Assembly: GCA_000320545.1 (NCBI GenBank)
Contig: ADNK01002830.1
Location: forward strand, 1-64,000
DNA length: 64,000 nucleotides
Direction of reading: 5' to 3'
Source: Bigelowiella natans CCMP2755
Taxonomy: Eukaryota > Protista > Cercozoa
The first letter of the stretch is position 1. The number at the start of each line of letters is the position of its first letter. Positions 39,264 through 52,112 of the stretch are shown piece after piece. Under the pieces are notes generated by a model, which searched no databases, was not told where the DNA came from, and saw nothing but the letters and a program-made list of their open reading frames with translations. The translations under genes were made by a program, and so were the position numbers.

Positions 39264-40905
39264 GGTGTTCAAAAGCGTCCTTATAAGCAAGCTCAGGGAT
39301 GTGGGCGCCATTCCATGCTCCTATATTATTTACAACCGAAAAGTCAGAATCCTTACCAGGTATTAAGTCAATATGTGCTATGGCAAACAGTGTCCTATGG
39401 CAAACAGTGTCCAAATTAACGAACATCTTACCGCTGTCACATGCGGTGTAATTGTCCCAAAACTCACGAAATCCATGAGCGTATCTGTTGGTTGTGGATG
39501 TAGTAGCATCAGAGGGACTGCTGGCTGCTTCTACTGAGTCAAATAAGTTATTTGCTGCTGCTGCTGCTGTATGTTGCATCTCATCATAGCTACTACGGCG
39601 ACCACGTGAGGTACTAGCGCATGTACTATGCACACGTGATTTCACAGCAGCAAAGGTGTTTTTGCTATATCGTTATTGGTTGTCTTTTGTCTACTGCCTA
39701 ATCTCCTCGCCTTATATATATCCTCTTTAGTTTAAGATACACGTCGTCGTCACATGTACGTCCTACCTACCTACCTACCTTCTAGGTGAAAAGATGAACT
39801 GATCCGTTAAATGTGTCACCTAGGTAGGAGGAGGAGGAGGAGGAGGAGGAGGAGGAGAGGAGGAGGAGGATGATGATGCAGGATAATCCGTGGGAGCATA
39901 ATAATTTATGTGCATCGAGATCGGTAGAATCGCTGCTTGATTTATTGGTCGTCGTGGACCGGGAGATGTAGCGACAGCATGCAATAGGATGTTCTTTTCT
40001 GTGTGTTTGCTACGTTGTACCAATGTTGGGCGATCATGAAGTAGCTCCATAGCCGTTTTCACGGGGAAGAACCAGGCCACATCAGGGCGCACCTTAACCA
40101 CCTAACACACGATATCCTTGTGTGTATTGTGTGCTGCTACTGCTGCTGTTTAATTAAGTGGAACGCCATCGAAGGGTGTGTGCGTGGGGAGGGGGGGGGA
40201 GGGGGGGGGCGGTATGGAGCTACTCTTCTTTGCCTGCTGCTGTTTTATTCTTTCTGTTATGAGGACTTAGTGATGGTGGTTCCTTGTTTTTACAATTGGC
40301 TATCATCGTCATCATCATCATCTCTCTGCGTATTCATACCGCATCAAACGTTGTATTGCTCGCTTGTTCGAAAGAAGTGACTTCTCGATAGCATTCGTGC
40401 CTGTGTATGTGTGTGTTTCCATGTTTGACGTAACGACGATATGCAAATAATACAAAAAAAATGATATTATGTAGCTTTACGTGTCGTCTCTGTTTGGACG
40501 TATACAACTTCCTCTCCCTTTAGCCCTCCCACTCTTTCTACAGTATGTTTGAACAGCTAGGATATCATCGTATGTGTCACGCAACAAGAACACATTTGAA
40601 GCTAACAAATTGACTCTTGGAAACAGCAAAAAGAAATTGCTTTAATGACTGTGCGGAGAAATCATCGCCGTTGCCGGGAGAATATTCATACATCGCTTTC
40701 ATCTGAGCAAGGAATCTCTCCTGGTATTTTCCCACATAAAATGCATCTTCCTTTCTCTTCTTTGCTGCCTGGAGAACAACAACACGATTCACAATAAATC
40801 ATCATAAAGTAGAAATTTTTGCAAGACGTATAAGGAATAAGACGTAGTGTCTTCGAACCTGTCAATATCAACCAACATACTAGCAGCGCTCCTCCCCCCC
40901 CCTCC

Positions 40906-40949
<44 letters not shown>

Positions 40950-41135
40950 TATATACACTCGCTCAACAACACTTCCGTGATGATATAGACATTACATCAG
41001 CAAAATACTACTACTACAACTAACACCTCTGCTGTGAGAGGGCATTTAGGGTTTGCAGATGGATTCTTGTCCTTCGGTCTCTTCGTTTCCAAATGCAACC
41101 ACACCGGTTTGAGTGTCCTGACGATGACAAAATAT

Positions 41136-41167
<32 letters not shown>

Positions 41168-41755
41168 CATCATCATTATCATCATCATCATCATCATCAT
41201 CAGAGCAATCGAAAGACAAACGAAGATGATGGTGGTGGTGATGATGATGATAATGATGATGGAGGGAAACAATAAAGAAGACATGCCACGAATGGCGGAA
41301 TCCCAAAACATTAGCGCCTCTCTCTCTGCTGAACAAACTATCACCTTTCAACTCGTTGGTACTTTCATCTATCATATCGCCACCATCAAGATTTCATCAT
41401 GTACAGCAGATCTTCTTAAAGGCAATCATTCATCCATTCTTATTAATAGTAGTAGTACCTTAACACCGGACCTAGTGCATTGGTTGTGACAGGTACAGGC
41501 CTATGGATCATCATCATCATCATCATCATCGAGAAGAATAATAATAATAATAATGATGAGAAAATAATAATGACAAGGAGAAGAGGAAGAAGAAGAAGAA
41601 GAAGAAGAAGAAGAAGAAGAAGAAGAAGAGAAATGGGAAAAGATCCAAAAATCCTTCGTGGTGTTGTTTTTGCAAGGATCATAACACTTTCTCGTCCTCA
41701 TCACTCAACCGACCTAAACCCCCCGTGCTTTCGCTGTTGTTTGGTTTCTGTATCC

Positions 41756-41793
<38 letters not shown>

Positions 41794-43000
41794 AAGTAAG
41801 TAGGCAAACCAGAAAACGAGAAATAGAAGGACGATAGGAGAAACAAAAGAGAAGTATAGAGGGAGCTTCTTGTAACGTTGCCATATATCTGTGCGCTGCT
41901 GGCAGGAGCGAGGTACCATGTCTTTAAGTGCATGAACAAAGCGACTCTACTTCGAACGGAGATTCGCTGCATAAAGTTGTCATCGAACCTCCTACTCGCA
42001 TAAATGATAGGAATCAACCCACGCAATATATACGTCGATACGAAAGCAAGTACTGGGAATTGGAAGATGATGATTTAACAACTGTGCACAGTTATTCATG
42101 CAGTACCGATACACCCCCTTTTCAACCAGAGTTCTAGAATTGCCAACCTTTTTCCGACGGAACAGGAATGGTGTTTCCATTTGAAGCCCATCATCAAAAT
42201 AAAAGAGTAAATACAGATATACATAAGCACATACATTCGAGCAAGTAGTGCTACTCGATTTATTGAAAAAACGAATACCATACAAACAGCTACGGTGGGA
42301 TACATCTCTTTCCGCCTTCCGCCCATCTCTCCAGAAGCTGTGAATGGATACCCAATGATGGCATGAATCATATTTAATAACCCCCAGCAATGCTAGTAAT
42401 CCTGCTCTAATTGAAACCTTTCCAAAATTCCTCCGCACACGTCTTCGTTCGCCCTTCCGAGGTCGCCCTCTCGATTAACTCACCTATTTAGTCCGTTTCT
42501 TCTCGTTAATTTGATTCGATGAGTGACTCGTCGGTAAGTATTCTACTGGTGGTTATTGTGTCCCAGCCTTGATAGCAGACATTTGCTCGATGATGATGCA
42601 ACCCAGCATCGATCCCGAGGCCGCCATCATCCCTCTCAGGAAGCGAGTGGTTTGTGCTGCTGATCCTGCTGCTATGCTTGATCTCCAGAGGTTCGAAAAC
42701 CAAAGCTGGCATATTTAGAAGTGGACAACAACATTGCAATAGGTGAACATCGTGCAAGTCAACGCTTCTGTTGTCTCGTTAATTGCATGTAGTAGACCCA
42801 CATCCGCTATTCGCCCGTTGAGGGTAGCAGACAAAGGAGTGCAAGTTTAGAGCTGTGAGGGAGAGGATAAGGATTATCACAGCCAGCAGGAGGAGAGGTC
42901 CACGCCCTAGCATGTGTTCATTCGTGTTGCTGCTTCGCTGGATGATCTTCCATTCCGAGTTGGAGTTGGGATTCGGTTGTGTATTTTCTCTCTGCGACAT
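38491..43000 (-). CDS. Type II membrane protein, putative glycosyltransferase-like, multi-exon
   Basis: N-terminal signal anchor (LLLLAVIILILSLTAL), later VVKVRPDVAWF (xRPD motif seen in uncharacterised GT-A-like proteins). Exons chained by GT-AG. Function is a weak inference. Confidence 0.5.
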
Positions 43001-43332
43001 ACTTCTAAGACATACTTCTGAGGATGTCGCAGATCCTAAATTGCCATTCATTCACACCAAATGCCGAACCGACGAACCGCTTGTGAGAGCGTCATTGTCA
43101 TCAGATGCATGGAATGGATAGACAAAATTTTGTAGCGACAACTGATAATGCACGTCGTAGCGAAAAAAAGTACACAAATCCATGGACCAAAAATCTCAAA
43201 AACAAGTGGCCTTTCCTCCCCTGCGACTTGGATCAATGCTGTGTTTTTTTCTTGTTCAGGTTCGAGCCGAGTTCCGAGTGAGCAGTCGGATTCGATTCCT
43301 ATTAAGGTGGCGGCAAGCACGCCTGCCTCTGC

Positions 43333-43688
43333 ATGATGTCTGCAGGCCCCGAGACATTTCCCCCCCCGCTCGATGAAGATAATCTAATCAAATGCCTGGA
43401 GGCCGTTAGTTCAGGTTCATTATTTGTGCTCATGTGGCAGCAAATTTCACATCACACTTGTTTCGACCTTGGTTTCCATAGATGTCACAGAGAGAGCGCA
43501 TAGAGCAATAAACGCCACTTACCTTGTGTTGAATCTGGATCTCTCTCCTAGTGTCCCCTAGCGTTAGAAAGCAGGCCGAGGAAAAATTGCACCAAATGCA
43601 GAATTGTTACCCGGTATGTTGATATATAAATATGAATGAAAGTGTACATGTATACATTTGTATAAATATGCATGCATGGACACACACT

Positions 43689-43769
<81 letters not shown>

Positions 43770-45376
43770 GTAAGAACGTGTGTGTGTGTGTGTGTGTGTG
43801 TGCATACACCTTCACCCAAATGAATCGGAAAATGAATAATGAAGATTCTGACAACCAAAAATTAAGGTAAAGTTTCTTCAAATCCTTGTGGGTATTACGG
43901 ATTACAGGGCAAGCCCCTACAACAATTACGATGCTTGCTGGCATCTTAATAAGAAATTTTATGAGAGATAAGGTACATCCGCTGTCTATCTTCACACTTT
44001 CACTCCTCTAAATTGTTGCGCATAACATTTTGGAATTAGAAAGCGGATTTCTGGAAGAAAATAGGAGAAGAGTCCAGGCATTCTATGCTTCATACGGTTC
44101 CACAAATACAAATATCTCTTAAAATGGTGCAATCTTGAGCAACACAGTTGTGCAACCTATAAATATCAGTTTCTGAACAAAATTAAAGCATCGGATTCCA
44201 AGAGTTCCACATTGAATTATCTGATCCAGGTTTATAAGCTATTTCCATACTCCCACCATGAATTTTACGTCAGTAACCCTTAACCCTAATTTTCAGCCCT
44301 TCTCCGCGCTCTTTGAAAAGGAATTGGAGGCATTCAGTGCGCCGCAATCCATCTTGAGATCTATCATCACAATCGAGGATCCCCTCTTCCCGAAGCCTAA
44401 TCGATTCTTTTTAATAGCTCAGATATTTGACACAGTAAACCATTCCCACGACCTGTTCGTTGCTGTTGAATCGTTTTCTCATCTCCTCCTCACAGAATTT
44501 AAGACTTTGGTAATTTCTTCTGTCTCCTCCAACGAAAATCAGGAATGTGCCAAGCATTTGGGGCCATATGTCGATGATATCTTCAAGCAAGTCATGGTTT
44601 CCATTGGGGATGATGAGACGGAAACTGTGAGAACTTCTGCCACAAAAGCATTAGCTTCCATGTCTTGCTATGTTCAAGATATTATGGTGAACAAGCCGCA
44701 ATTTCCTTTAATTCGAGAAGCACTAAAGATGACACAGATGGTTTATGCCATGGCAGGCCCTCCGAGCTAAAGATGTGTTAGCGAAGGTGCTCAAAAGTTT
44801 TAGCCAACAGCATCATGAACTAAAGGAAATCGACCAGAACTTGCTGGATTTCCTCACCGGATGTATTCGGTCAAATTTTAAGACGCTGCGGCCATTTCTA
44901 GGCGACATAGTGAAGCTGATTTCAAAGGACCTGTTTCCCTGTGATAACGTCGCGCCTCTAGAAGTCCTGCTGGATATAATCGAGAAAGAACAGTGGATCA
45001 AAGAAGATCGTCAAGTATGCATTAGATGGACATTTCGCATACTGTTGTTGAATCCGTCCTTCTGCATTGCTTATCAGCATGTTTTTTATTAAAATTAATT
45101 AAGTATGATAAAGATGAAGATGGTAAAGTCTCGTTGCAGCTAAAGGTCTCTGGTCCTGCGATCGTCTTAAAGTTTATCAAATTTATTTTGGACGCAGAGA
45201 GTGATATGGTTCTCTCTCTCTCTCTATCTTTCTATCTCTCTTTCTCTTACCCTCTCTTCTTCGTCTTCCCTATGTTCTGTTGTCTCCTGCCATACCTCTA
45301 CCAACCATCTAGACCAAATCGAACTTGTACGGTGTATCCATTCTCGCAGTTCTCGTCATCATATAAATATGTGTAC

Positions 45377-45410
<34 letters not shown>

Positions 45411-45948
45411 ATATATCTATATATATTAGTTTGAACTGGACGATTGGAACACCGTCAGTGCGGCGACAGCATGCGTCAGTTCCATCTTGAAGCTGCTGGA
45501 AGATTCTGCTCAATATAAGACAGCCGTCAAGCTTGCAAGCGAGGCGTTAGGGAAGGGAAACCTGGTAGGCGGCGCCTACCTCCTGCAAAGCATTTTGCTC
45601 GAGGTGACTGAGAAGGTTACGAATTTGTGGAGATCGGACGTAGAAATGGGCAAAATAGGCCGGGGATCCCTTCAAATCCTTCTTGAAGGGCTGAAGAAGG
45701 GTGCTAGTGACCAAAAAGGGGGGGAGGATGCTATGGCAGCCGTGGTGAATGCCATCCCCCAGGCGGTGAACCAGGTGATGGTCGCGGACATTCGCCAATA
45801 TCTGAAGCAAACGTTGTTAGAGGTTTCTTTTGACGGAGATAAAGGGGAGATGGACAAGGGTGGCAGCGACGACGGCGTGAAGGAAAAACCAAGCATCTAC
45901 GAAGTTGCGCTGGCAACACTGGACAAGGAATTCCCTGGAGCTACTTGA
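43333..45948 (+). CDS. Importin-beta/karyopherin-like HEAT-repeat protein (short), multi-exon
   Basis: Spliced start MMSAGPETFPPPLDEDNLIKCLEAVSS|VSPSVRKQAEEKLHQM and AGILIRNFM resemble IBN_N. HEAT-like DDETETVRTSATKALASM. Apparent +1 C at 44758-44760. Confidence 0.65.
43681..43802. repeat. Compound (CA)n-(TA)n-(TG)n microsatellite in an intron
   Basis: Directly visible; largely self-complementary. Confidence 0.95.
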
Positions 45949-46652
45949 GCGCATGGCGCAGTGCAGCTTCTCTGACTGTGCGATTCCAAGTTTACGATGT
46001 GCGTTAGCTTTATTTGCTAGCTGGACATTGTGACTTGCGCATCTGCGCGCGATACCTATGCAACAAAAGATGATTCTAGACGTGAGGGCCTGTGGTTGCG
46101 CAGATGCAACATTGTGATCAAGCTGCGTCATGTTTGCAAATGAATCTGAAAAGCACAAGCTCATGTCTTCTTGCTGCCACAAGATGCATGCCCTTTCATG
46201 TCTATATGTTAGATCAATATCTGTTTACAGTCGTAAGCTCGATATACATGCACAGCCAAAAACTAGAAAGCAATGTAGCCATACCATGTGTCTAGGCTGT
46301 GTGCATGGCTAGATGGTGGCAAACCACGACATTTGTGCAACACTACTGTGGACATATTGCATGAAAGGAGGTAACTAGATTTGGCAACGTTGTCAGTAAT
46401 GTAAAACTTCACAACAGTATATTATATGCATAAATTACTCAGGACTACGAACTACTTAGCCTTTCAGCAGCACAACAGCTGGCTAATTTTAAAGTTAATT
46501 TGCTCTGTATGTGTCTTGAATCGAATCACAAAAAACTACGATCATTTTCCCTTTGTATGTATCGCACTTCATACATTCTAATAAAACAGCATATTTGTAC
46601 TAATAAATTGCTGCTATGTGATAAAGAGATCTTTCTGTTCAAACGATCATAT

Positions 46653-47591
46653 TTAGACTGCTACTGCAACAGCTGCCATGACACCGAATCCGACAATAAA
46701 TGCAAGATAGTCCACGATATGGCATCTTTGTCTGGGATGCTTGTGATGATGAAGGAGAGACCGATGATCCTCACCCCCCTCTTCCTTATTGGGCTCTTTT
46801 CTGTCGCTCCCAAAGACCAGAAGCATATTATTTTTAGTTCTTTGATCGCCTTTATCACTTACATTTTGAAGTTTAAAACCCAAGGCCATGGCTGCCCAAA
46901 GCTTGTGAAACGCAATAGCAAGGCAAAGAACCCATGTTTTTTCATCGCTGTCTCCACCAGTTGCCACGACCAATCCATCAAGGACCGAATGTGCCGATAA
47001 GAACGCGAAGCAAAAAAGCGCCTTGCCTATAGAGGATGTGTCCATAGCATGATCATGACCTTGCTCGCCCTTTATAGATCCCATCGATTCACATCCGAGA
47101 AACAAGAATGTCCCAGCCGCGGCCCCTTGGACACATGTTACAGCCAGGTCGTTGTTGGAAGCATCCAGAACAGCAGCAATGAGAAGAGCAAGGGGAGTGA
47201 TGATTGCGAAGATTACGCCTAGGGTAAGAGCAAACCACTTTGGAATTCCTTGAGAATTTGATTTCCCATCATCATCCCAAGTCGACATCAAGTAACTTTG
47301 CAAAAGATCGAGTGATAGAAGGAGAACGAACGTCAACCCAGCCATTAATTCCGGATATGGATAATCGTCTCCAATGTTGTGAGAATCTTTGTAGTTGTCC
47401 CAACTTTCAATTGCATCCGCAAGCATGTGCAGAAGGGCTAAACCGACGAAAAGTCCGGCGGAATGAGCCTCTCCTGCACGTTGAACATCTGGCCTGTCTC
47501 GAGCAAACGGAAGGAATGGGAACATAATCCCAGCCATGCCAGCGATCAGGATGATGACCGAGGCGAGGATATCTGTGGTGTTAATGGTCAT
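46653..47591 (-). CDS. ZIP (SLC39/Zrt-Irt) divalent metal transporter, intronless, permuted helix order
   Basis: 312 aa, 8 hydrophobic segments. SAGLFVGLALLHML (TM2), YPYPEL (TM3), FAIITPL (TM6), QGAAAGTFLF (TM7), AHSVLDG (TM4), AIAFHK (TM5), GFGVMA (TM8). His-rich loops. Confidence 0.92.
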   Translation of the reverse strand: MTINTTDILASVIILIAGMAGIMFPFLPFARDRPDVQRAGEAHSAGLFVGLALLHMLADAIESWDNYKDSHNIGDDYPYPELMAGLTFVLLLSLDLLQSYLMSTWDDDGKSNSQGIPKWFALTLGVIFAIITPLALLIAAVLDASNNDLAVTCVQGAAAGTFLFLGCESMGSIKGEQGHDHAMDTSSIGKALFCFAFLSAHSVLDGLVVATGGDSDEKTWVLCLAIAFHKLWAAMALGFKLQNVSDKGDQRTKNNMLLVFGSDRKEPNKEEGGEDHRSLLHHHKHPRQRCHIVDYLAFIVGFGVMAAVAVAV

Positions 47592-48069
47592 GCTGCGTCC
47601 GGGTCAGCAAAGGAGATGAGAGAATTATGGGATGATCGCAGTCGAAGTGCGATTATTATCCCTCGGTGTATGTCCGACCCGATGATCGGAGCAGGCAGCC
47701 GGCTCTCTCTGTCTTAATGTTTGGTTTGTGTGGCCGCTCATATCTTCTAACACGGGAAAAATGATTCAAAATTTCCACTCTAGCTTTGTCGTCACCGATA
47801 AATCAAATCAGGTTCGGAAAGTATTTTAGTCATAAAATAGAAGGAGAATTAGCATATGCGTCAACATTTATTAGATTGTCGCTTTGTCATAAATAGACCT
47901 CGTTCTCCGTCCTTCTGCAGTTTCCGTTGTCCGTCTCTCTCGTCATCCCCCAACGACGATTTCAATCAGTAAAACCGTTGCCCTTCACATGCACTTTCCT
48001 TTCGGAACCTCCAATCCATAGAAAGCATCGTGGGTGTACTTACGTCTTGTTGTTTATTTACTGAAAGTA

Positions 48070-48846
48070 ATGGAGGGTAAGAAGGAAGCTGCCGACTCGA
48101 AAGCGGATAACAACTCGATGCCGGCTAGCAAGGGATCGATACCTCCGAAACAGGACTCTACCCCTGGAGAAACACCTCAACTACGAAAGTCGCTCAGAAA
48201 TAAACTGCCAGGTACCCTATTTCTCTTCTCAAATACATTTCAATCGTATTAGTTTTTAATCTTTCCGTGGAACAATATATGTACTTCTTGTTACTGAATT
48301 ACTTATCATTGATCACGCAGCACTCAAGACCTCAAAAGAACCTGAGATCCCAAAAAAGCGCCTAACTAAGAGGAACTACAACTCGAACATTTCGGTATTG
48401 TGATCCGCTAGCTCGTGATTTTGTTTGCATGCTGCTCTAATTAAGGATGTTCTTCTCTATAAATGATGTCGTGCATAAGGGGAACCGCCTAACCCGCTCT
48501 CGAATGCGAAGCTCCCAGAAGAATGTAACCAAATAATCAAGGAGAGAGGGTGAAAGAGAGATGGGGTTGGGGTTGGGGGGGGGTCTGTGAACAGCATAAC
48601 TTATTCTCAAATGACACCATTCTCGAAAGACCTGAGGGAATACAATATGATGATTTCCAGGATGGGAGTACCCAGCAAAAGTTAACGAAAGCGCAAGGAT
48701 ATCCATCTAAAGAGCCGCAACCGTCTGTTTCTACCTCATTTGCTCATCGTCTTAGGTATTGCTTAGATTGTTTTACGTTGCTGGTGATTCACAAGATTCT
48801 GATAACCTGTTTTCATATGATACATTTTTTCTGTCTGTCTTTTATG

Positions 48847-48884
<38 letters not shown>

Positions 48885-49386
48885 TGTTATGACCATTTTC
48901 TAGATTCAATGACTTCACGTTGATAACAGGATCAGCAGAGATAAAAAAGATAACAGTTTTGCGGTGAATCGTCCTTCACGCCCGATCTCAGCGAAGCCTT
49001 CGGTATATAACGACGATCAGTCTATGATGAATTCGGCACATATTGAGTATGTGTTCTTGGTGTAGTTTCCTCAGGAAACAGACATGGACGGTTTGCAAAT
49101 TGTTCCTGGTGATATAGAGCAGGTTCAGAACAAAGACGGATATCTTCCTGCTTCTCGTGACACGAACAAGTGCTTTTGATTCCCACACTGAATTGTTTTC
49201 AATTTTGACAATTTTTTTAGACCATCTACGAAAATAGAGTGGATATGGCACACGTTCATGCTTTACGAGCAAGTTCCTCTGGCCATACCATGCAACATGA
49301 TGGGCTACGTGCACAGAGGCCGACGAATGGGAATGGTGTGATAGCACAATTAATGCCTGAGTGTGTGTGTGTGCGCGCGCGCGCAC

Positions 49387-49423
<37 letters not shown>

Positions 49424-51237
49424 TGTGTGTGTTTGTGTGTAGGCGCGCATTCATCTATGAAAAAAACTTGCACTATAAAGCACCAATGGAGTGAATCTAA
49501 TTGACAGGATTAAAAGAATATAATTGTCATTCCTCAGGCATACCAAACAGCGTCTTGTCTCCCAATCCCGATGTTGACTTCAACAACAACAACAACAACG
49601 GTGTGCCAGAGGTTGTTACAGCTAACCTTAGCCTCTCTACCTCCTCCAAATTCAGAATGAAATTAATCTGAGCTTTTTCCCCATGTGCTACCCAGAATGG
49701 TCAGGTAGCGACGTTTGTCGAGAGCAGAGCAACAGGAGGCTTTTCTAGAAGTGCTAAAAGTAGATATCATCCCAGTAGCGGTTTCCAGAAGAATTCATCT
49801 GCTGGATCAAGGATAATGATGAATAGTCCTGCTGCTGTCATGGAGAGAGAGGGAAAGGACTACGTATCTCCAGCTACTCAATCAAATGTTCTCTCCCGAA
49901 AGGAGGCAGAACTCCGACATGGCGTGCGCACGTACGTACGTGTTTCATGTGACATTATTGCTACGGGGCGTCAGAATGATGAAGGGAAATTATTGTTTGA
50001 GATTTGATTATCATTTTTAATTATCCACAGGTTGTTGAAGACAGTCATCTTTGCCATGGCGTCTGCGTCTGGTTTGCTCGCGTGAGTCCCCCCCCCCCCA
50101 ACCCTCCTCTCTCTTTTTCACATAAGAGGAGAAACGAAAAGTGAGAATGTGCAATGCGTTCAAGGTTTTTATCATTATCAATGTCATCATCGTCATTTCT
50201 GTTTTCAAATTTATCGTAATTTTTTGTAAATTGAGTCACATCTTCTTAGGGGAATCACAACTTGCAACCTTATGAGCTACACTACACAGCAGTCTACTGA
50301 GACGTTTCTCAGTTTTTATCCTTACATGGCCACCGAGTTCAGTATTCTAGAAGTTTCACTGTCGACAGCCCTTGCCGCTTGTGCATCATCGTTAATTGCA
50401 AAGGTCAATCTACAAAAGTTAGAAAAAAGACCAACGTTGGAAAGTAGATTCCTCGAAACATAAAATCCTTTTTCATGTTCCTCGGAAGCCTCAACCGCCT
50501 TTTCACTTTGTAATACTTTGGGCATTGAAATGTAGGAATTTGCAGAAGATGGAGCTTGGCAACAGAGAGAGCAAGCTGCAAAAGCGAGAATTCTACTCAT
50601 TTTCTTTGGATACTTCACTTCAATGATATGCTCCCTCATCAATGTAACTTGTTCGACCCCGAACCTTTTGATAACAGCACTTTAGACTTTTGGACTGCTG
50701 ATGCACTAAAATACAATCCATAGGTGCAAATCGTGGAGCGCATGGTGTATGAAGAGAATGAGGACAGTGAATGGTATAAGAATGCTGACAAGGTGCGTCG
50801 TGTATTGGAAAAGCCTTGCTTGTCGGGGACATATGTTATGAGATGAGATGTCTATTCCTTTCCATAACTCTCCAAAAACCTGCCATCTGTACCATTTCAG
50901 AGAGATGATATCGCTCTCAACTCATGGGTTTCCCTGGCCGTTTGTAGGTTGATATTGAATCTGGTAGTAAAACTATTTGAAATCCTCGTAATTTGTTGAG
51001 TCTCTCTGAGACCTCAGACTTGTCACCTACTCGCAGAGTTGTTGGATGGTATCAATTAACGAATTTGGTCAATTTGCGAAAGATCGATATCGAGTAGAGG
51101 TAAGAGAGAAAGCAGTGATTCAGTTCTTTAATTGAATAAACAAAAAGTATGAATGCCTGGATGGGTATTTTTTTGGTCAGAGATCGGACGGGTTGCGGAT
51201 TGCATGGAATGCGAATCGTCGTGGAGACATAAGATAG
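48070..51237 (+). CDS. Hypothetical protein with disordered N-terminus and C-terminal hydrophobic segments, multi-exon
   Basis: ATG ORF MEGKKEAADSK followed by GT-AG-bounded exon-like segments, including ILLIFFGYFTSMICSLIN. No family recognised. Confidence 0.45.
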
Positions 51238-52112
51238 AGTATAATAAATTTGGAAGAACTGTATAACTATCCAATGGAACGCGTAATGTCAATGCATAGC
51301 TTCCGATACGATTGTGTCGAAATTGTATCACGCAGGGTGCTGAAGATCCAGCCACACATGGGATCTTCGGTTTCATCTAGTCATGCGTGTGTCGATCACA
51401 CTCGGCAACGCGTTAGGCCCAGCACTAGCTAGCTAGAGCAGGCAGCTGTGGCGTAGCTACATGCCAGATGTGATGTCTTCTGCTTCACTGCGAGGCTGTT
51501 GATTGACATGCATGTCGATCTGCTGAGAAACGCATACGAGGTGCTATATATAGACAAGCGATCACGTGTCTGCTAGTCAGGAATTAGGATAGGAGCAAGA
51601 TGCAATAAATATTGGCGCACTTCACTAGCTAGCTAGCAGAGCTAGTTGAACTATAGAGAACGATGCACATGACGAGATAGATGACTACATGGTATCTCAT
51701 AGTCATGTGGTGCGTACGCGTCGCTAAGATCGTAGCATCGTAGCACTCAACGTCTACGTAAATTTGCTAGGCTACATCTCATAGCTTTGATGCAATGTTG
51801 CCATTAATAATGTGATGACAATGTTGAGCATATGTTAACATGCAATTAAGCATGCTTACATAATAATGACAATTCATATGGAGCGCGATGAGCGATATTA
51901 GCTACTATGATAGATGTGCATTGAGTGTGTGGCTTGTTACGCTTATGATGTAAACGTATGTAAAGTATCGTGGCATAAGCAGAAGCATCTAACTTAATTA
52001 TGTGCCGTTCACAAGCTGTGATGCTGTGCGTCATCTTGATTCGAGTCGATTCGCAAATAAATAACTTGAAGGACTAAAAAGATGTGGAAAAGATCCAAAG
52101 CCAATGAAATTA

